A DNA stretch of 63,359 nt, the filler included, from Choristocarpus tenellus KU-1152 (Eukaryota; Protista; Phaeophyceae), in assembly GCA_964200185.2 (NCBI GenBank). It is 9 parts of 9 records of this genome, joined end to end, with 100 filler letters (N's around TTAATTAATTAA, not from the genome) between each part and the next. Parts side by side here need not be neighbours in the genome. Positions count along the whole stretch, not along the records: positions 1 to 4,635 come from CAXNAD020013699.1; positions 4,736 to 8,096 come from CAXNAD020020544.1; positions 8,197 to 20,392 come from CAXNAD020001929.1; 6 more parts are not named here. One strand, written 5' to 3'. The first letter of the stretch is position 1. Every line of letters begins with the position of its first letter. Positions 1 to 12,958 of this stretch are shown here, piece by piece. The translations under genes were made by a program, and so were the position numbers. The notes beneath the pieces were generated by a model. That model was not told where the DNA came from, searched no databases, and saw nothing but the letters and a program-made list of their open reading frames with translations.

Positions 1-899
1 ACCTCATCAATAGATAAGACCGCACAAAACAGAGGGAATCCCCTCCCCCCTCCCCCTGTAGAACCTCAGTGCAGCTTGAACCAGCCCCCGAGAGGCTGAC
101 AGGAGCTCGTATGAAAAAAAAAAAATGTTTTTTTTTTCTTTTACAACCCTAGCCCTAATCCTATATATAACCTATCTGCAAAGGCACAGCCAATTACGAA
201 CTAACAGATCTATATCACGTCTTGATTGCGTATCATCTTTTGTAAATGATCACTACTACAATGTCACCAGTAGTGCAACACAATGTCACCGACGAGTTGC
301 ACCACATATCGCCGCTATTGCTATCGCCTGTCCCCCTACCCCACTCCTCGAAACCCTCCTCAGTAGTAGGGCACGTTCTCCTACCAACAAACCGTTGTTA
401 CTAGTAATAGTACATGGTGCAAGAGTTACCACAGGGCACGGTACAAATACCCACATCTACCCCCGACGAAATCCCACACAGTGTCTCTACAGTTACAGAA
501 ATAACATGTGCATGGCAAACCAGACCAATAGGACGCCTTCTACCCACCGCACCTCCTACCTACCCCCACCAAATATTACTATTCCTGTTAATATCATTAC
601 AGTACACCATCTTTAACCCCCACATACAACAGCCAAACACCACATTTTTTTAAATTACAGAAGTGACAAGACAACAGTCGTGTAGAGTAGTAAATAAACT
701 CCATCACCCCAAGGCCACACTCTATGCTCACCGTGCGCTCTCTCCCTCCTCTTGCACTGACTCCCCCATCACACTTAACGAGGAGGAAGGGGAGGAGGCG
801 ATAGCTCCCGCGACTCCCTCGGCTGCTCTCCTCTTACCCGCCTGCCACACCCGCCAGGTTGCCCAGGCCATGGTGGCATTTCCGAAGCAGGTCAGCGCT

Positions 900-3800
900 G
901 CCTGAAAACGTCATGTTCGAAAGGGGTGTAGTGTAGCACAAACTATAGAGCGTGAGGGTTCTACGTGAGACTGGGTTGAACAAGTTGTCCATCAACTCAA
1001 CACGCTTGCACGCATACTATAAATATAGCCCTGACCTGAAGCGGGACAATGTTGTTGACCTCAGGGGAGTTGTAGAAGACATGGAAGGTGCAAGCGCACA
1101 GGCCACTAGTGTGTAGAGGCACCATGCCCCAGGTCAGCCCCTTCCATTCCGGCATCTTAATGGTGTCAGCGTATCTGTCCAGTCAACAGGGCAACATAAT
1201 GAATAAGTGTGCACCAGACCCTGAAGGTTGCTGAGTAAAGGCAGCCCATGCTCTGAGTGGGGCATGATCAAGGATTGAAGGACTGACTCAACCTATTCTG
1301 AAACAACTGTGTACCAAGCAATGAAGAGTAAAAGGTACTGACCATGTCTTGGTGCTCAATTCACACATGATTGGAGAGTGCGCTCGTGGGTGGGCAAAGA
1401 GGAAGTACCGGAACAAACATGTCTTTGGTTTGGCTGAACGGTGTATGGTTCGGTCACTACTGTTGTACCAGCGGGACTGGGGTAGGATAAGGACGGTCGG
1501 AAAAGCAGCGTGCAGAGTGGCTTTTATCTCCTAAGATAAGTGTGGTGAATCCAAGGTTCAGCCTAATACGACAGAAAAAAAAAATGCCAATACATGGAGT
1601 AGTACTTGAGTTGAAGGTACATACACATTTGCTCGCTATGGTACGGCAAAGCTTCCCTGAAAGTTTAGAGGGGGTGTCCATCCAAAGACCAAGAGAACTC
1701 TTCTTAAGCATAGCAGCACAGCAATGGTGTGAGAGACGCCCCAACTTCTGTTGACCATTGCAACTGTAGGGAGGTGACAGCCCCTACCAGCTGAACAACG
1801 TCACCTCCCCTTCCCCCCCCCACTCAACACCTTGAGCCACACACACTGCTTTGATGGGCGCTGATCCGACCCACACAACCCTGAGGTATCCACCCTATCC
1901 ACTACTGGTGAATAAGGTTAAAAAAACAAAATCATAATGTTGCACTAATGTGACCACTAAACTTACCTCCACACAAAGGCCATCGCCACCAGCCACTCCA
2001 CCAGGCTAGATACATGAACCATCCATGTGGGAAACGAAAGGGCATTCCATGGCTCAGGGTGCACAAAGGAGAGCAACTGGTATTGTTATGGGGCAGGTAG
2101 GTGGGGATAGCAGGGCTCAAAGTTATCATCTCGTCCAAGAGCTGAACTTTGCATAGCACTATGTCAGTACTTTGAGTAGGAATACATTGTTTGAACAAGC
2201 GCTTCCCAAAGGCACAACTTAGCAACAGTAACAAGAGGTTGATTGGAGAGGAGATAACTGAAGTCATACGAAGAGCTGAAAGGTCTTCAAGTGTGATACG
2301 ATACGATATGATAACTCCCACTCAGTCACCTTGAGGCATCAACAATCAGCACAGCAAGACCAGTTCTGGAAATAGAACACGAGTTTCAACAGGTGTCAGT
2401 ACTTGCCCAATCCCAATTAAGTCTCTTGCTTTATCAAACATCAATGTAGTCCTAATTCTCCCATCTGAATATCTTCTAAGGAAGTTCTGGACTCTGCACC
2501 AAGAGCCACCGAAGGGATACATGTTGCTAGATAATAGGGATTAATGGTGAAGATTGGGGGAGGAGCACCATTGTCAGGCGAGGGCAGGTGGTGTACTCCT
2601 GCCAAGTACTCCCTGCCGCTGTGTACTCACCATGGGGGCAGCTGCAAGGACGGCCAAAGCAGTGGCAGTTGTGCTTGATTGCAGGTTTGTAACGCCACGT
2701 TCTGGACTTTCTGAGGTGAGAGTAGGCCAAGGGGGAAATAACTCATTCAACTCTCGTCACCTTCACATTGACCACACTGTACTGCAGAAGGATATTTCAT
2801 TGATGTTTACGAAAATCGATTTGAGAAAGACAAAGAGGTACTTCAACCAATGACTGCATTGCACAGTAGCACCAATTGAAGATGCCTTACTCTACTTCCC
2901 TCTTCCCCGCCCACTTGATAAACCCTTCCTACAGTCAAAAGGTATATGGATGATCAACACTCACTATGGTTCAATTTGTCACAAAAAATAGAAAAATAAT
3001 AATAAACGATTCTCACGTGTTGTGCCAATATTTCCATCCCTCCCAGGGGTGCTGCCATCATCTGATGCGATATCCGGCTTCCCCATTACCGCTTTCCGAA
3101 ATGCGTTCACAATAAGGAGGTTAGTTATCGTGAGAAAAGACTCAGCCAAGCCGTGAAGGTAGTCCACGTTGGCGAGAATTTCGCCGTACTGCACCTTGGC
3201 TTTTTCGCATTAGGAGGGTGAGGTGATACAGACATAAGGTGCATGAGTCAGCAAAGCGACTGCACACAGGTTTTACACGTTGCCATGCTAGAATCTCGAT
3301 CACTCCAAGGCTGTGAAAGGGCGCAAAATGTTGTTCAGCGATTGAGAGAACTATCAAGGATCTTTTTCTTGAAGGGACGTAAAATACTATAGTCTTAGGT
3401 TTGAGGACCATATCGATCGAGTTGGCACAAGCAGTACCCCCTCCAGTCATATTTTTGAAGCTGTACGTTATGTCCCCCCTCCCCAATATACGTTCCTCTC
3501 CACGCGGGCCTTACCAAGGATGCCTGCCGGAATGGTGGCGACTACGAACACCAGCAAGAATGCAAAAGCAAAGGTTCCCCCTTTTGGGGTTTGACTCTCA
3601 GGACGACTCAGGAAGAAGAGGAAAGACAGGTATGGCAGGAGGGACGCCTGAAATATTTCAGCCGATAGGTCGCTCGTCACAGTCGTGATGGACCACGGCG
3701 ACACCGCAGCATCTGTCGCTCCCAGCACTGTTGTCGCAACTGCCGGTTCAAGTAACATATGTAAGGCAGTCGGTATGCTTCGAGGTGCCATTGCATGGTT

Positions 3801-4040
3801 TCGCCCGACAATAGCACTGCGATGACAGGCAGCTGATAGAGGTGGTCTTCCACTGTAGGGTGCACATGATGGCGCAAAGGCTTCCCCTCGAAGGATTGTC
3901 CAGCAACCTGGAGTTGCGACAAGGATGAAAGAGGTTCTTGGCAATGTCGAACACATTTTAAAGCAGATCGGCTGCTTGCCTTACGCCAGATCTCACCGCA
4001 TATGGAAAGCAACGCCCGTGACCTCATGGTAGCCCTCATA
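900..4040 (-). pseudogene. Heavily decayed TE-like coding remnant (family unresolved; Cys/His-rich segments)
   Basis: About 50% GC, intronless, with coding-like minus-strand fragments broken by stops and frameshifts (e.g. KCVRHCQEP, CYCRAKPC, KVQYGEILANVDYLHGLAESFL, YRITLEDLSALR). No motif can be assigned securely. Confidence 0.25.
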
Positions 4041-4635
4041 GAGCTAACCCGAAGGCTCCAGAGAATGTGTAAGGTTCCCTATATCAATAGTTGACTTTAC
4101 TTGAAAAGTAGTAGTAGTACGAATGTGAGAATCAACATCAATATTCAACGAAGTGGTTAATCAAAACTATACCCTCAAGTATTTACAATGATATGATATC
4201 ATTGAATACTGCACCATCAAGACACTACTAAGTATACTACTACTACTTCTTTTTTTTATTTTACTGAGTATGTGATCAATCATGATAAGCTTGTCTCAGA
4301 GTTGGTGGTTGGTTGGATTGGGGAGGAGAGGAGGGATGTGACCATGTTGACAAAGGGGGGATATGAAGTTAATGTGTTGTGTCAAAATATCGGGTATATA
4401 CCAACAATACTGAAATACAGTTTTATAGAACCAATCCTGGCATGTACAGAAACCAAGAACAAACATAGAGGAATTACTTTTATACTCTCAACTGTATGTA
4501 CTTGAGAGATGAAAACATGCCAACACAGACCCCGTACTAGTAAGGATTTCAATTTTTGAAGGATGTTGTGTGTGAATCGTGTGATTCTGTGGCGGCGTGG
4601 TTCACTCAGGCAAGGGTGGCGAAGAGAATCACCGG

Positions 4636-4735
4636 NNNNNNNNNNNNNNNNNNNNNNNNNNNNNNNNNNNNNNNNNNNNTTAATTAATTAANNNNNNNNN
4701 NNNNNNNNNNNNNNNNNNNNNNNNNNNNNNNNNNN
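4636..4735. other. Artificial contig linker N44-TTAATTAATTAA-N44 (same linker at 8097-8196, 20393-20492, 40031-40130, 44573-44672, 47300-47399, 51595-51694, 59527-59626)
   Basis: Eight identical 100-bp spacers carrying a six-frame stop cassette. Confidence 0.98.
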
Positions 4736-4769
4736 AGCGCTCGTAATCGTTTCCATCCTATCCATGAAG

Positions 4770-4870
4770 CTTATGATTGATTTTCCAACTCACCACGATT
4801 AATTACTCGATTCCACGATTGATTTCCTACGAATGCCACGATTGTTAGTCGATTCCACGATTGATTTCCC
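4770..4870. repeat. Short tandem/subterminal repeats (CCACGATT core, ~40-bp higher-order unit)
   Basis: ccacgatt occurs four times, with tcgattccacgattgatttcc repeated twice. Confidence 0.7.
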
Positions 4871-5753
4871 GGTTTTGTACGAAGTGGTACAAAAACGATA
4901 TTGTACCACATCAATTCTGTACCGCTTTTTTCGGGCATGCCCACGGGTGAACACTATCGGGTAACCTACTGTATTGGGTTAGACATTTGATGACACAGGT
5001 ATTTTCACCGAAGTGTATGAAGAAATGAAACCTGATTGGATGGAGATATGAGAAGGAGTGTAATACGTGACGGATCATACACACCGATATATTTTTCATA
5101 TTTATGTTATGTTAGATTTTGTACAAAACCATTGTACATCATCCGTATGGGTATATACATGATACATGTATGCGAATATTTCATTGTATCAGTGTTGCAT
5201 CTTATGTACAACGATAGTGTGAGAGGTCAACAAACAGCTGACCCTATTCTGTACACAAAAAGCAGGTGCATTGACGTCAAGACCGGAATCAATCCACCTG
5301 TGGCGATCCCTCCATCAGGACCAGTGGCTAAGCGCAAAACGTGCCTTCTCCTCCCCTACAGGTTTCCGCCGCCCGCTTTGCAACATGCCCACATCACCCC
5401 CCTGCAAAGGTCAAACACGGAAAGGCGTTGCAATTGCTGGGCTTGATGACGTCAAAAACAGCACAGAAGAAGTGAGTTTGACGGAATAAATGTGCACAGT
5501 ACATCCAGAGCATTTAACCTAGTCGCACATAAGACAAAGCTCACCTCCCACTCTCCATGGACACCACCGCGCATAATGAATGATTTGCCTTATCAACCTC
5601 CCTATCCTAGCTTCAATGTCAACACGTGGCATCATGCGTAAACTCAACCATTCAGCCTCAACCCTTGGCGTTCACCTACATGTTTTCCTTTTATATGCCC
5701 CTGCACACAATTAGAACCCACGCCAATACCTCCTCGTCCTACAAACATTTAGA

Positions 5754-5979
5754 GAGTCAAATTATCTAAGAGGGTAGAGCCGCGTCCATTTTGGGGACCA
5801 AAATCCAATGTTGCAATTTTGATGTAANNNNNNNTCCTGGACACATCTTTTCATAGTGTAGGCATTTTACCTACTCCGAAACATTTTGGAGTAGGTAGAA
5901 TGTCCTTAAAACGCGTGGGAAGCCAAGGCCCAAATGGACAAACAGGGAAAATCTCGTACCCTCTAAGATACTTTCACTC
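5754..5979 (+). mobile_element. MITE family A (Sola-like non-autonomous DNA transposon)
   Basis: TIRs gagtcaaattatctaagagggg / taccctctaagatactttcactc with a perfect 4-bp TSD TAGA. Homologous to four other copies in the window. Confidence 0.9.
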
Positions 5980-7084
5980 TAGAGGCTAAGAATGTAAGGC
6001 CTGTGTACAATTTCCGAATTCGTTTCTATTCAACCAAGCACCTGATACCCGCATAGGAACATGGGTATGGGAAAGGATGATCGTTGGACATCTATCCTTG
6101 GCCTGTTGTTATCACAAGTTCAACGTGGTACTGCATCGATTTTACCACCCGATCTTTCCCCAATGCATTCAGCCGCACATTCACAACATGTTACGTTCAA
6201 CCCACCAATCACTATATATACCAATGTTCGTTGGCCTTTCCGCAGGATTGGGCAATTGCTCACCCCCAGATAGCTCTGTGTCGTCCCACCTTAATTATCG
6301 AACTGTCGACATAATTTTCGAGAGGCATAGTTAACACCATAATGTACCCATCCCCCGAACGCAGCAGGGTCTGTGCGCGGGGGTATAACACAAACACTCA
6401 AACATCTTACTTCCCTTATAACACCCACACATGATATCACTATATTCCTGTCCAGAACAAACACACACCCATCCATCATTTTGGAACCTATTTGTATGGA
6501 ACACTCTTATCGCACCAAGACACCCTCCACAAAACTAGAAGGTTGATGTCGTTATTTCCTACATTTTGACACTATGTTCCTTTATACAACTCGTGAAAAA
6601 AATAGTTATGCTATTGCAGCCCCACCAACACCTAGACTCGTACAAAGTCGACGCATGTAAACCAACTCATGAGGTCACAATTATTTTGAACGATTGGGAT
6701 TTAAGATTATACGCATCTCTGCTATTGTTGATGAAGCGCCAGTCACCACGTGCACCACTCTCTCCCCCTCTCCTCCCAAATTCTGAAACGATTATTACGA
6801 TTGTCGAAGACCACAAAAACAGCGTTTGTGTTGTTCTTCCCTGAGACCAACATGCAGACCAATTACCCGTCCTTTACTACACCCTTTCTAAACGTCCATC
6901 ATAACAATTGTGCATCTCTCCTTAATTTGCATGAAACCATATCCCTGGCATAAACCTTGACCGACTCCACACAGTCTTGTTCGAAAGTCTTGAAACAAGG
7001 TCTACAAAGTTCACCAAGTGAATTATTTAAACACTGATCGTATGCTCCCTCACAAACATACTTGTTAACATCGTTGCCCCAACT

Positions 7085-7540
7085 CCCATATCGCATTTTT
7101 GGGTTGATGTACATAAGAAGCCACTCTCCTCTGTAGTCAATTCTCATCACTACCCACAACACTTCACTGCCCACGTTACCTTTTTTTGTGGAAGGGAATA
7201 GATAATCCCTATCGAATTTTTTTCGTTCCAAAGAGTAATCATTTCTTTCAAGTATTGGATCTCACCCATTGGGAATTTTCAACATCATTTTAGGATTCAC
7301 CAACAGAAGAAGCCACTGTCCTCTGTAGCCAATTCTCATCACTCACCGCAGCACTTGGCTACCTGTGTTAATCTGTTCTTGTAGGAGGAATACATGATCC
7401 CCAGGGGGTTTTTTGCGTTCAAAAGTAATTGTTTCTTTCGAGTATGGCATCCCACCCAATCAGAATTTTCGATATTATTTTTATATTCACCCACAGAAGC
7501 CACTCTATTCTGTAGCCAATCCTTGTTACCCACTGTTGAA
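7085..7540 (-). repeat. ~190-bp degenerate tandem repeat (about 2.4 units), coding
   Basis: agaagccactstcctctgtagycaatt anchors at 7116, 7308 and 7495; the sequence between anchors also aligns. Confidence 0.85.
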
Positions 7541-8027
7541 ACCTGAATCGAATGCACCACTTCAGCGCTTCAATGCCCACGCCACATTTTTTTTTACCCT
7601 TTAATTTTTTCGAATAAATATAGGATCTCCACAAACCACGTGCATTCGGAAGTAAATAAATCAAGTTTCGCTTCTCAAATTTTTCTATTTTTCAAATCCT
7701 TTTTGTTCGACGGTCTGTCGACAAAATGTGAAGCCCTCAATATTACCTCTCATCAGCTTTTCATGTCTCATTTAAGGCAGGCATCCTTTCTACGGTGTAT
7801 TTAGCAGTCTCTGCACACACGCATCATCTTCGGCAAAATACTCAAAAGTCTGCTCGTTCGCTAAACATTTATGACGTTATTTGTTTCATTTTCATCCCTA
7901 CGTAACAACCTTCAACAATCAACCATACGAAATATATCATTTTCGTACCTGACAGATCTCTCTTCCTAATACCTCCTTGTGTTCAATGCGACTATTTCCC
8001 AATCCGTACATTGCATGAAGGACCACG

Positions 8028-8096
8028 AGTCTCAAAGTATCTTGGGGGGGGGGGGTGGTTTGTGAGGGGGCGTCCGTTTCGGTCAATCAACGTTTT
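8028..8096. mobile_element. MITE family C left end (same terminal motif), cut by gap
   Basis: tcaaagtatcttgggg...gtggtttgtgagggggcgtccgtttcggtcaa is the reverse complement of the end at 8330-8385. Confidence 0.7.
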
Positions 8097-8196
8097 NNNN
8101 NNNNNNNNNNNNNNNNNNNNNNNNNNNNNNNNNNNNNNNNTTAATTAATTAANNNNNNNNNNNNNNNNNNNNNNNNNNNNNNNNNNNNNNNNNNNN

Positions 8197-8385
8197 TAAA
8201 TCTATTGTTGTTTTAGGTGTAGGGTGTTGTGTTGGCGTCCGTTTTTACCCCTTTTTTTCATTTTCATTTTTTTGGTGTGATTTGGTCGCACGTGTTGGAT
8301 TTGAAATGCCAGCAAAAAAAAAGAGTTGTTTGACCAAAACGGACACCCCCTCACAAACCACCCCCCACCCCCAGATACTTTGAAT
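8197..8385. mobile_element. MITE family C right end
   Basis: ttgaccaaaacggacacccctcacaaaccac...ccccagatactttgaa. Confidence 0.7.
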
Positions 8386-8739
8386 GTCATTTTTCTCAAG
8401 ATATGGTTCAATTGATCAACTCTAAGTGCAACTCTGATTTTATATGCTTTGTTTACTTCTGAGGCTGCAATCAGAGGGGAAAGCTCAAGACTTGAGCTTC
8501 AATTCGCTGTAACAATGAGCACCTATCTCTAAACATTTCAGATGTTGCCATCTCCACAGATATCAGGCTACCTTTTTTATATAAATAATAGGTCACATGT
8601 TTTTCTAGGTCACACAAGGACAGTAGAGAAGACCAAAAATGGTGAGCAAGGAGAACGGGAGTATATGACTAATATTGACGGATTTTTTTTATGACTCCAA
8701 GTCAATCTGGGGTTATTGACTCCTCAACCAAGGAGTCCT

Positions 8740-9600
8740 AGAATGGCAAGCAACAAGAGCAAGAGATGAAGAGAGCTGACCTCAGAGACACCACAAAACA
8801 AGAAGAGGCCGAGAAAAGGCCAACCAGAGGGCATACAGTGCATGGCTGAGCAAGGAATGAAATAGGTTGGGGACGCCACCAAATGTACTGTGCAAGAGGT
8901 TAGGGAAGCTAATGCCAAAGAGAAAATGGAGAAACTCAAACTTAATTTGGTCAAAGAGGTTCTTTCTGAGAGGCAGGCACGTCTACTGCTGATCCTATGC
9001 TACTAGTTTGTCCTCTACGAAAATATGGGCCAAGCAGAGGCAGTGGAGGCTCTCTGACTCACACTGAGAGAGAGATAAAACAAGGTTTCCTATATCATGA
9101 AAGCTTGGAGCAAGGGGAGATCTTTTGCACCTGAAGGACAGAGAGGGAGGTTGTTCAAGTGGAACCCAATAAGAGAGGCTCTTTAAACCAGAGCTCAACG
9201 AGATGGAACTCTTCATTGTTAGACAGCAATCATTGAAAACTGTGAATTTCTGTCTGGAATTGGTGATGTGGATAAATGCAAATTTTGTTGTGGAAACCTC
9301 ATCGAGGAGTCTGGGCATCATTCTGAAGCGCTTGGGTATGTTTTAGACATTGCCTTAGTTGCCAAGTTTCAGCCCATAGAGTAGTTATGGCAGCATGGGA
9401 TGCAGTACATCAACGTTTCAGTACGTAAAGGGGAGAATAGTTGTCCGAGTTAGAAATCAGATAAGGCTGGGGTGGTACAGGCACCTTGCTATGGATAGAA
9501 AGCAGCTGATTGCTAAAATTGGATTGTTCATGCCCAGTGGTAGATGACAGCATATGTCAAGAAAGAGAAAATATATTGGAGATAGACATGTTCAAGTTGA
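8740..9600 (+). pseudogene. Degenerate IS630/Tc1-like transposase fragment
   Basis: Fragments ELNEMELFIVRQ..LVMWINANFVVETSSRSLGIILKRLG resemble the winged-HTH end of IS630/Tc1 transposases; many stops. Confidence 0.35.
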
Positions 9601-9622
9601 CTAATGTTCCATTCTAGTCGAT

Positions 9623-9880
9623 GAGTGAGAGTATCTTAGAGGGAACAAGTTTTTCCCTGTTTGTCCATTTGAGACTTGACTTCCCATGGGCTTTTTTGTG
9701 ATATTTACCTACTTCAAAATTTTTAGGAGTGGGTAAAATGTATATGTTATGAAAAGGTGTGTCCGGAACATGGATATTGACACTTCCTAATAAACACAAT
9801 AGCAAATGTTACATCAAATCACAACATTGGATATTGGCCCCCAAATCGACGTGGCTCTACCCTCTAAGATACTTCGGCTC
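9623..9880 (-). mobile_element. MITE family A copy (reverse orientation)
   Basis: TIRs gagtgagagtatcttagaggg / ccctctaagatacttcggctc; flanks CGAT/TGAT (TSD with one transition). Confidence 0.9.
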
Positions 9881-10877
9881 TGATAAATGCTGGAGAGTGG
9901 GGAGTGGATTGTATTTTTGCAGGAGGACAGTGATATCAACCTCCTATTGGACTATACTACAGCGACAAAATTGAAGCTGACAAAACCAAGCCTGCAATTT
10001 AATAGCGAATATCAAAAGATGACTCAGCACCACTCTAAGAACTCCAAGTCTTTGTTAAATAAAAAACTCAGCAATGCCAACCAAATTATTCGAGCCACCA
10101 AAATATATTATATGGGTTCTGTGCATATATCAACATACCAATGACAATGGTTTCACATTATGAGCTAGTAAGAGATAAAGGATGTTAAATAAAAATCTCA
10201 CCCCAAAAATAAATGCTCTCCTTGAACAGATGATGTACCCGAATACGTACTATATTGTGAACTAAGGGTGCTAACATGACTTGATCAATACAATAGGATG
10301 TCAGCTTTCATTCCAAATATATTTCATTGAACGAATTGATCTGTAGCAGATTTGACAGTGGCTTGAGTTCTCCCAGCCTGCTTTGAGACAATCAACTATT
10401 TTCTCTAAATCAGGACCAAAACAACACTTATCTTGAGCTCCAAGCAAAACCAGGACCTAAAACCAACTTGGTAACACCCAATTTTTTCCCACCTTTCCAA
10501 TCATTTTTTTTTCGTAACTCAGAAAATCCCTAACATCTTACCATATGTGAAAACATACCCACATCAAAGTCTACATATTGTGGTGAACAATTTGGGGAAC
10601 CACAGCAAGCTCTCCACTATCATTTCCACTTGTTTTAAGTTTAAGCAGCAGAGAACCCCCCCTACAGTGTTCCGTGCCCTTGGAGTCAGCACATACAGAA
10701 TGCAGATAACAAATCATACATTATACTTCATTCGGAATTAAATGTACCAAAACTATTGCAGGCCTGTCAAAGAACCAAGATTTTTTTCACACCGTCATAC
10801 CTTACGTGTAATGAACAGGCGCTAAAACAATCCTAACCAAAATCTCAAGCAAAATTGGACAGCCTACACATATCTGC

Positions 10878-11124
10878 AAGTGAAAGTATCTTAGAGGGTA
10901 CTATTTTTGTCCCTTTTGTCCATTTGGGGTGGGGCTTGGCTTCCCATGGTTTTTTCATTACATTTTACCTACTTCAAAAATGTGTATGTAATGAAAAGGT
11001 GTGTCCAGAACATGGATATCGAAACTTCCTAACAAACACAACAGCCAAAATTATATCAAAATCGCAACATTGGATTTTGGCCCCCAAATGGACATTGCTC
11101 CACCCTCTATAGATACTTTGGCTC
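10878..11124 (-). mobile_element. MITE family A copy (reverse orientation)
   Basis: aagtgaaagtatcttagagggta ... caccctctatagatactttggctc; internal sequence aligns with 9623-9880. Confidence 0.88.
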
Positions 11125-11139
11125 TGTGACTCTTCCCCT

Positions 11140-12300
11140 CAAGCCCTTCAAATCTCCATTCCTGCATGGAATTTTGTCGCATCCACTGGGGCATTCAGGG
11201 GAAGCTTGCCTGCCTTCTCAGGCATTTTCTTACTAAGATAAGGAATTTCGAAGACCCAATCACCCTTAGACCCCAGCAATTCACCAAGACTGCAAAGAGG
11301 CTCTGCCAGACATGATCTGGTGTCTCCGCGGTGTACACATCAAAACACCTACATTGTGGCCTCCACCAGCTCCTATCTGTTGCTCACCCTCACATCTTCC
11401 TTAAGTTACTGGAAGGAATAAAAGAATGCCAGGTCGTTGATGTTGAGTTCAGGTGAGTTGGCTGGGTGGGTCTCTATGACAATGTCATCCCATGATACCT
11501 CCTCAGTTGTTGCCATGATCCCCCCCTTGTTGTGTGACTTGCCCTGTCCTGCTGTACAAATATGGTGTGTCATTCCGGCCTAGGCATGCAGTGCTTGATT
11601 GCTGGGATGACATCCTCGATAACGAGCTTCTCTTTCCTCTCCCTGTCCACTGTGGCTGGTGCAGGCACCTAGGCACCCTTGGGGTGGTATTTGCTGGAGC
11701 ACTGAGCAACCTTAGTGTCTATGATTGGCGAAATCATGATTTTCCGAACAAAGTATACCCCGTTGAAGAGCTTCGTGTCATAGATGCAAGGAACATCACC
11801 TTCGAATTGTAACGCTTGTTTTGTGCCCATGGGGGGTTGAGGGGGTCCTCAGTGGAGTGCAGGTACACACCTTGCCCATCTTTGAGGATGTAAAACCACT
11901 TCTCATACACGCGCAACGAGTTATATAGATCATCTACTAATACCCCACTTCTCCACCTTCTGTGCATGTGACCCATCACGAAACCCACCCTGTTGACTTT
12001 CTGCTGGTCTGGGAGGACTGACTTAATCCACCTCTTGAACTTGACCTTCTCACCATTGCGCAGATCTCTCAACAAGGCAATGGAGAACCCAAATTTGACC
12101 ACCCATTTGCAGAAGGATGTGTGGTGTAGTGATGGGACATCCCCAACGTTGAGGACGCTTGTACAGCAGACACTTCACCCCTTGCAACATAGGACAAGCT
12201 CCATGTATTGAGATGACGGAACATGGTGATTCGAGAAATTCGTAAGTCCTCTGTGATACCACCATCCCCCCAGGCATCTGACTCTTGCGCCATCTTGTCT
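11140..12300 (-). pseudogene. Mariner-type (DD~37-39D, plant/stramenopile group) transposase pseudogene
   Basis: Motifs occur in order: RWIKSVLPDQQKVNRVGF, LRVYEKWFY (= vhiDEKWFY), SKVMFLAS, VIPAIK..MP..IFVQQD, HPANSPELNINDLAFF. Frameshifts and stops are present and the first catalytic D is replaced by Y. Confidence 0.85.
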
Positions 12301-12958
12301 CCAGGCATCACACCACCATGCTGTTCTTTGTTGGGGTGTTCAGGTCAAGATCCCGAACAGATAAATGGGACCGTTGGGCTGCGATGGGATGAGTGAGTGG
12401 CTGTAACGGCGGGGGCTTGCACCTTAGGCATCCCAATAAGCACCAACTTTGAAAAGTTTCACAAGGTTCTTAACCCCATCAAATACATCTTGGTCAACTT
12501 TGCACAGGAGATCCTCCACAGTCATGACAGCCCACAATTTCAAAATTTGCACGTCTCCCAATCTATACAAGAACTAAGCCTCTACTAAGTCTTGTCCAGA
12601 GGGTTAATCATGTGGTCCATTCTTGCCTGAGAACGGAACTTGAAAATGTTATGTTACATAAAATTTCGAACACAGCAAGTGTAAGGTATACCATACCTCA
12701 ATATATAATAAAGAAAAAGTATTTGTAGAGACCCATCTTATAGGAAAATTATGTTCACTCCGACACTTATTATATCTCAACAATACGACAATGCGTACAA
12801 TGTCAGAATGTAAACACGCTGTATATGATATGCCATCATGACACCATCAAAAACCCACATACACAAAGTTCACCACCAATATACCTAATCGTCTGACTTG
12901 ATGAAACAGTGGAACTAGTCCCATATGCAACCACACAAAATCAGGCAAACATACTCAC

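Larger units (their letters stand above)
5200..8020 (-). pseudogene. Decayed long ORF with ~63-aa tandem repeats and a putative C-terminal Ulp1/C48-peptidase-like segment (TE- or virus-derived)
   Basis: Minus-strand fragments 7419-7664 and 6899-7231 carry the repeats (WVxRIgYRgEWLL..NPK..G WD.ILERN.Y). Near 5400-5500, HFFCAVFDVIKP plus a frameshifted LSVFDL resembles the Ulp1 HW-x-L-x-V-x-D...YDS motif. Interrupted by a MITE at 5754-5979. Confidence 0.35.

Noticed and set aside
4680-4691. TTAATTAATTAA as a recurrent biological motif or TSD
   Set aside because: It is always centred in N runs, so it is an assembly linker.
7085-7540. Repeat-spacer array, or TGA-to-Trp recoding
   Set aside because: The sequence between the conserved anchors also aligns, so it is a tandem repeat. 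Only one TGA aligns to a Trp, which fits ordinary decay.
8028-8385. A single MITE bridging the 8097-8196 gap
   Set aside because: The ends are complementary but there is no matching TSD; they may be two separate copies.
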